The notes under the pieces were generated by a model. That model was given only the letters and a program-made list of their open reading frames with translations, ran no database searches and was not told the DNA's origin. DNA of 44,068 nt from Thecamonas trahens ATCC 50062 (Eukaryota; Protista; Apusomonadida), in NCBI RefSeq assembly GCF_000142905.1, contig NW_013657633.1, positions 1 to 44,068 on the forward strand. Direction: 5' to 3'. Of this stretch, positions 42,262 through 44,068 are shown one piece after another. Within the stretch, counting starts at the first letter, position 1; each line of letters starts with the position of its first letter. The translations under genes were made by a program, and so were the position numbers.

Positions 42262-43722
42262 TCACGGAGAGGCGGTCCAGGCGGGATCATCGGCACCGAG
42301 GAGGTCGACACAAGCCTGGAGATCAACCTGCATGTCCGGGATGAGGTCGGCCAGCTGGCCGGCGAGGGCGGCGACGCCTGGGAGGTCTGCCGACGGCGGG
42401 AGCGGCTTACCCTCGGGCGCCGCGACGACCTTGCCGGCGACAACGGCGCGGGCCGAGGCCTCGAGGACACGCTTGACGGCAGTGAGGAGTAGGGTGCGCA
42501 TGTGGGAGGCTTCGGCAGCGCGGTCGGGCTCGGCGTCGCCGGCGGCGAGCGCCGGAGCGAGCCATGCCATGTACGCCTCGAGGTTGGGGAGGACGGCAAA
42601 CTGGACGACGCGCGGGCCGAGGGCGACGAGGCCAGCGACCGCGCCATAGTGCGTCGTGACCGGGCGCGAGGGGTCGAGGAAGGCGCGGACAAGGGTCTTG
42701 CAGATGCGCGGCTGGAGCGAAGCGTAGGCCGAGCCGTACAGCGAGCAGACGTAGCGGACCAGGCGGGCCGCAAAGAGGCGGAGCTCCCAGTGATTCTCGG
42801 ACGGCGCGGAGCAGAGGCGGCGGCCGAGCATGCAGGTGAGGATCGGCGGCATGAGCTGATGCAGATACGGCGCAATGTGGAGGTGCTCCGACTCGAGCAG
42901 CGCCTGCGCCATCCGCATCAGTGAGGTGAGGACCGGGAGGTTGCGGAGCGAGACCGCCACCGTGTGTGCCACAAAGTGCACAAAGTACGGCACAAGCTGG
43001 TGGAGGCCCGGGTCGCTGCGGATCGACTCGAGGACCGCGTTCTTGAGCTCGTCGTCAAAGCCGACCACGCCGGACGTCGCCATCTTGTAGTACATCTGCA
43101 GCTCCTGCGAGAGGACGTGCCGGACAAACGGCCGGACCTGGGCGTCCTCCATGCCCGACGCAGTGCCTGGAAGCGCGCTTGTCGACGCCAGCGAGCCGGC
43201 CCCGAGCGCCTTGATCTGATCCGACGAGACGCCGACAACGTCGGGCGCAAGACCCTCGCCCGCCAGTAGCGACGCCAGCACAAGCGGCGGCAGGTTTGCC
43301 GGCACCGCAGGCTGCACGCCCTCGACCGCCAGCCAGTGCGCCGCGAACGACGGCTCCAGCGGCGCCTTGGGTAGCGGCGCGTGGATGATGTCCGCAAAGC
43401 CGACCACCTCGTCGTACGGCACGTAGATGGTCTCGTTGTCCAGCTCGGCTGCCGCCGCAGCAGCAGCCTTGCTCCGCCGCGACTTGGTCCGTGACGCCTT
43501 GGACTTGGCCTTGCGCTCCTCGCTCGTCTCACCCACAACCTCGCCGTCATCCTCGGCCGTCTCGCCGCGCTTCAGCACCTCGTCAACTGTCAGGTACTCG
43601 CGGGCTGTCTCGCGGCCCTCGTGACCGTACAGCACCTCTACGTTGCGCAGCCGCAGCGCGTTGTTGATGTCTGCCGTCGTCAGCTTGCTCCGCTTGCCGT
43701 GTTGCATAAAGTGTGTTGCCTC
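42262..43722 (-). CDS. TAF6: TFIID subunit 6, last exon (5' exon(s) beyond an intron, not in the window)
   Basis: Acceptor CACAG| precedes EATHFMQHGKRSKLTTADINNALRLRNVEVLYG (histone fold end). Also HWLAVEGVQP, HVLSQELQMYY, DPGLHQLVPYF, PYLHQLMPPILTC and HWELR. Confidence 0.95.
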   Translation of the reverse strand, partial: EATHFMQHGKRSKLTTADINNALRLRNVEVLYGHEGRETAREYLTVDEVLKRGETAEDDGEVVGETSEERKAKSKASRTKSRRSKAAAAAAAELDNETIYVPYDEVVGFADIIHAPLPKAPLEPSFAAHWLAVEGVQPAVPANLPPLVLASLLAGEGLAPDVVGVSSDQIKALGAGSLASTSALPGTASGMEDAQVRPFVRHVLSQELQMYYKMATSGVVGFDDELKNAVLESIRSDPGLHQLVPYFVHFVAHTVAVSLRNLPVLTSLMRMAQALLESEHLHIAPYLHQLMPPILTCMLGRRLCSAPSENHWELRLFAARLVRYVCSLYGSAYASLQPRICKTLVRAFLDPSRPVTTHYGAVAGLVALGPRVVQFAVLPNLEAYMAWLAPALAAGDAEPDRAAEASHMRTLLLTAVKRVLEASARAVVAGKVVAAPEGKPLPPSADLPGVAALAGQLADLIPDMQVDLQACVDLLGADDPAWTASP

Positions 43723-43817
43723 CTGTGGATGTCGAGTTGGTCAAAGCCGGATCGCGTCGTCCCGCCCGGACACCATCATCATCACCATCGTGCCGTCCAC
43801 GCCCATCGCATCGTCCG

Positions 43818-43847
43818 CCATACCCATACCCATACCCATACCCATAT

Positions 43848-43899
<52 letters not shown>
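43818..43899 (-). repeat. (TATGGG)~13-14 hexamer tandem repeat in the TAF6 intron
   Basis: (CCCATA)n on the + strand with one variant unit. Confidence 0.95.
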
Positions 43900-44068
43900 G
43901 CCAGCCAGGACAGTGAGTGACGACCAACCACAGCATTGCCTCTGCCCGCAGCGAAAAAGCGGCCACCACTGCCACCACTACGACCAACCACCACCACGCA
44001 CAGGAAAGAGGGAGAGAGGGAGGGAGGGGGGGGGGGGGGGGGGGGGGGGAGGGAGAGAGGAGGAGGAG

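Noticed and set aside
43583-43997. ORFs with GYGYGY, HTHTHT, PYPYPY or WVWVWV repeats
   Set aside because: These are translations of the intronic hexamer microsatellite.

Overview
Gene-dense, GC-rich eukaryotic (protist) draft scaffold with three N gaps and short GT-AG spliceosomal introns. It carries both a TSET subunit and a plant-type Topo VI B, which fits an apusomonad such as Thecamonas; that assignment is inference only. About 17 protein genes are recognisable, in order: a retropepsin-like protease running off the left edge, a DUF4476 protein, a sushi/Pro-rich/Cys-rich multi-TM surface protein, a universal stress protein, a class 3 lipase, a UBL + 10xLIM protein, BLTP2/Hobbit/Fmp27, a coiled-coil protein, JMJD8, a tandem two-domain retropepsin-like protease, a membrane-anchored DOMON protein, TOP6B, an FG-GAP/beta-helix/Cys-rich multi-TM protein, a sphingomyelin-synthase-family enzyme, a degenerate bacterial-type AAA-ATPase-like/PD-(D/E)XK protein, TCUP/TML, RFC1 and TAF6 (partial). 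The most unusual items are: (1) a single-chain double retropepsin with two intact DTG motifs, plus a second clan AA protease at the window edge; (2) a head-to-head junction near 28545 where TOP6B and the FG-GAP gene both lack 5' ends and no promoter space exists; (3) a ~220-bp near-perfect hairpin in a divergent intergenic region; (4) a prokaryote-like ATPase-nuclease relic with a possible mitochondrial presequence; (5) convergent genes whose stop codons are only 4-19 nt apart. Three single-base frameshifts at homopolymers are most likely sequencing errors. All family calls come from motif recognition by eye, not from database searches.
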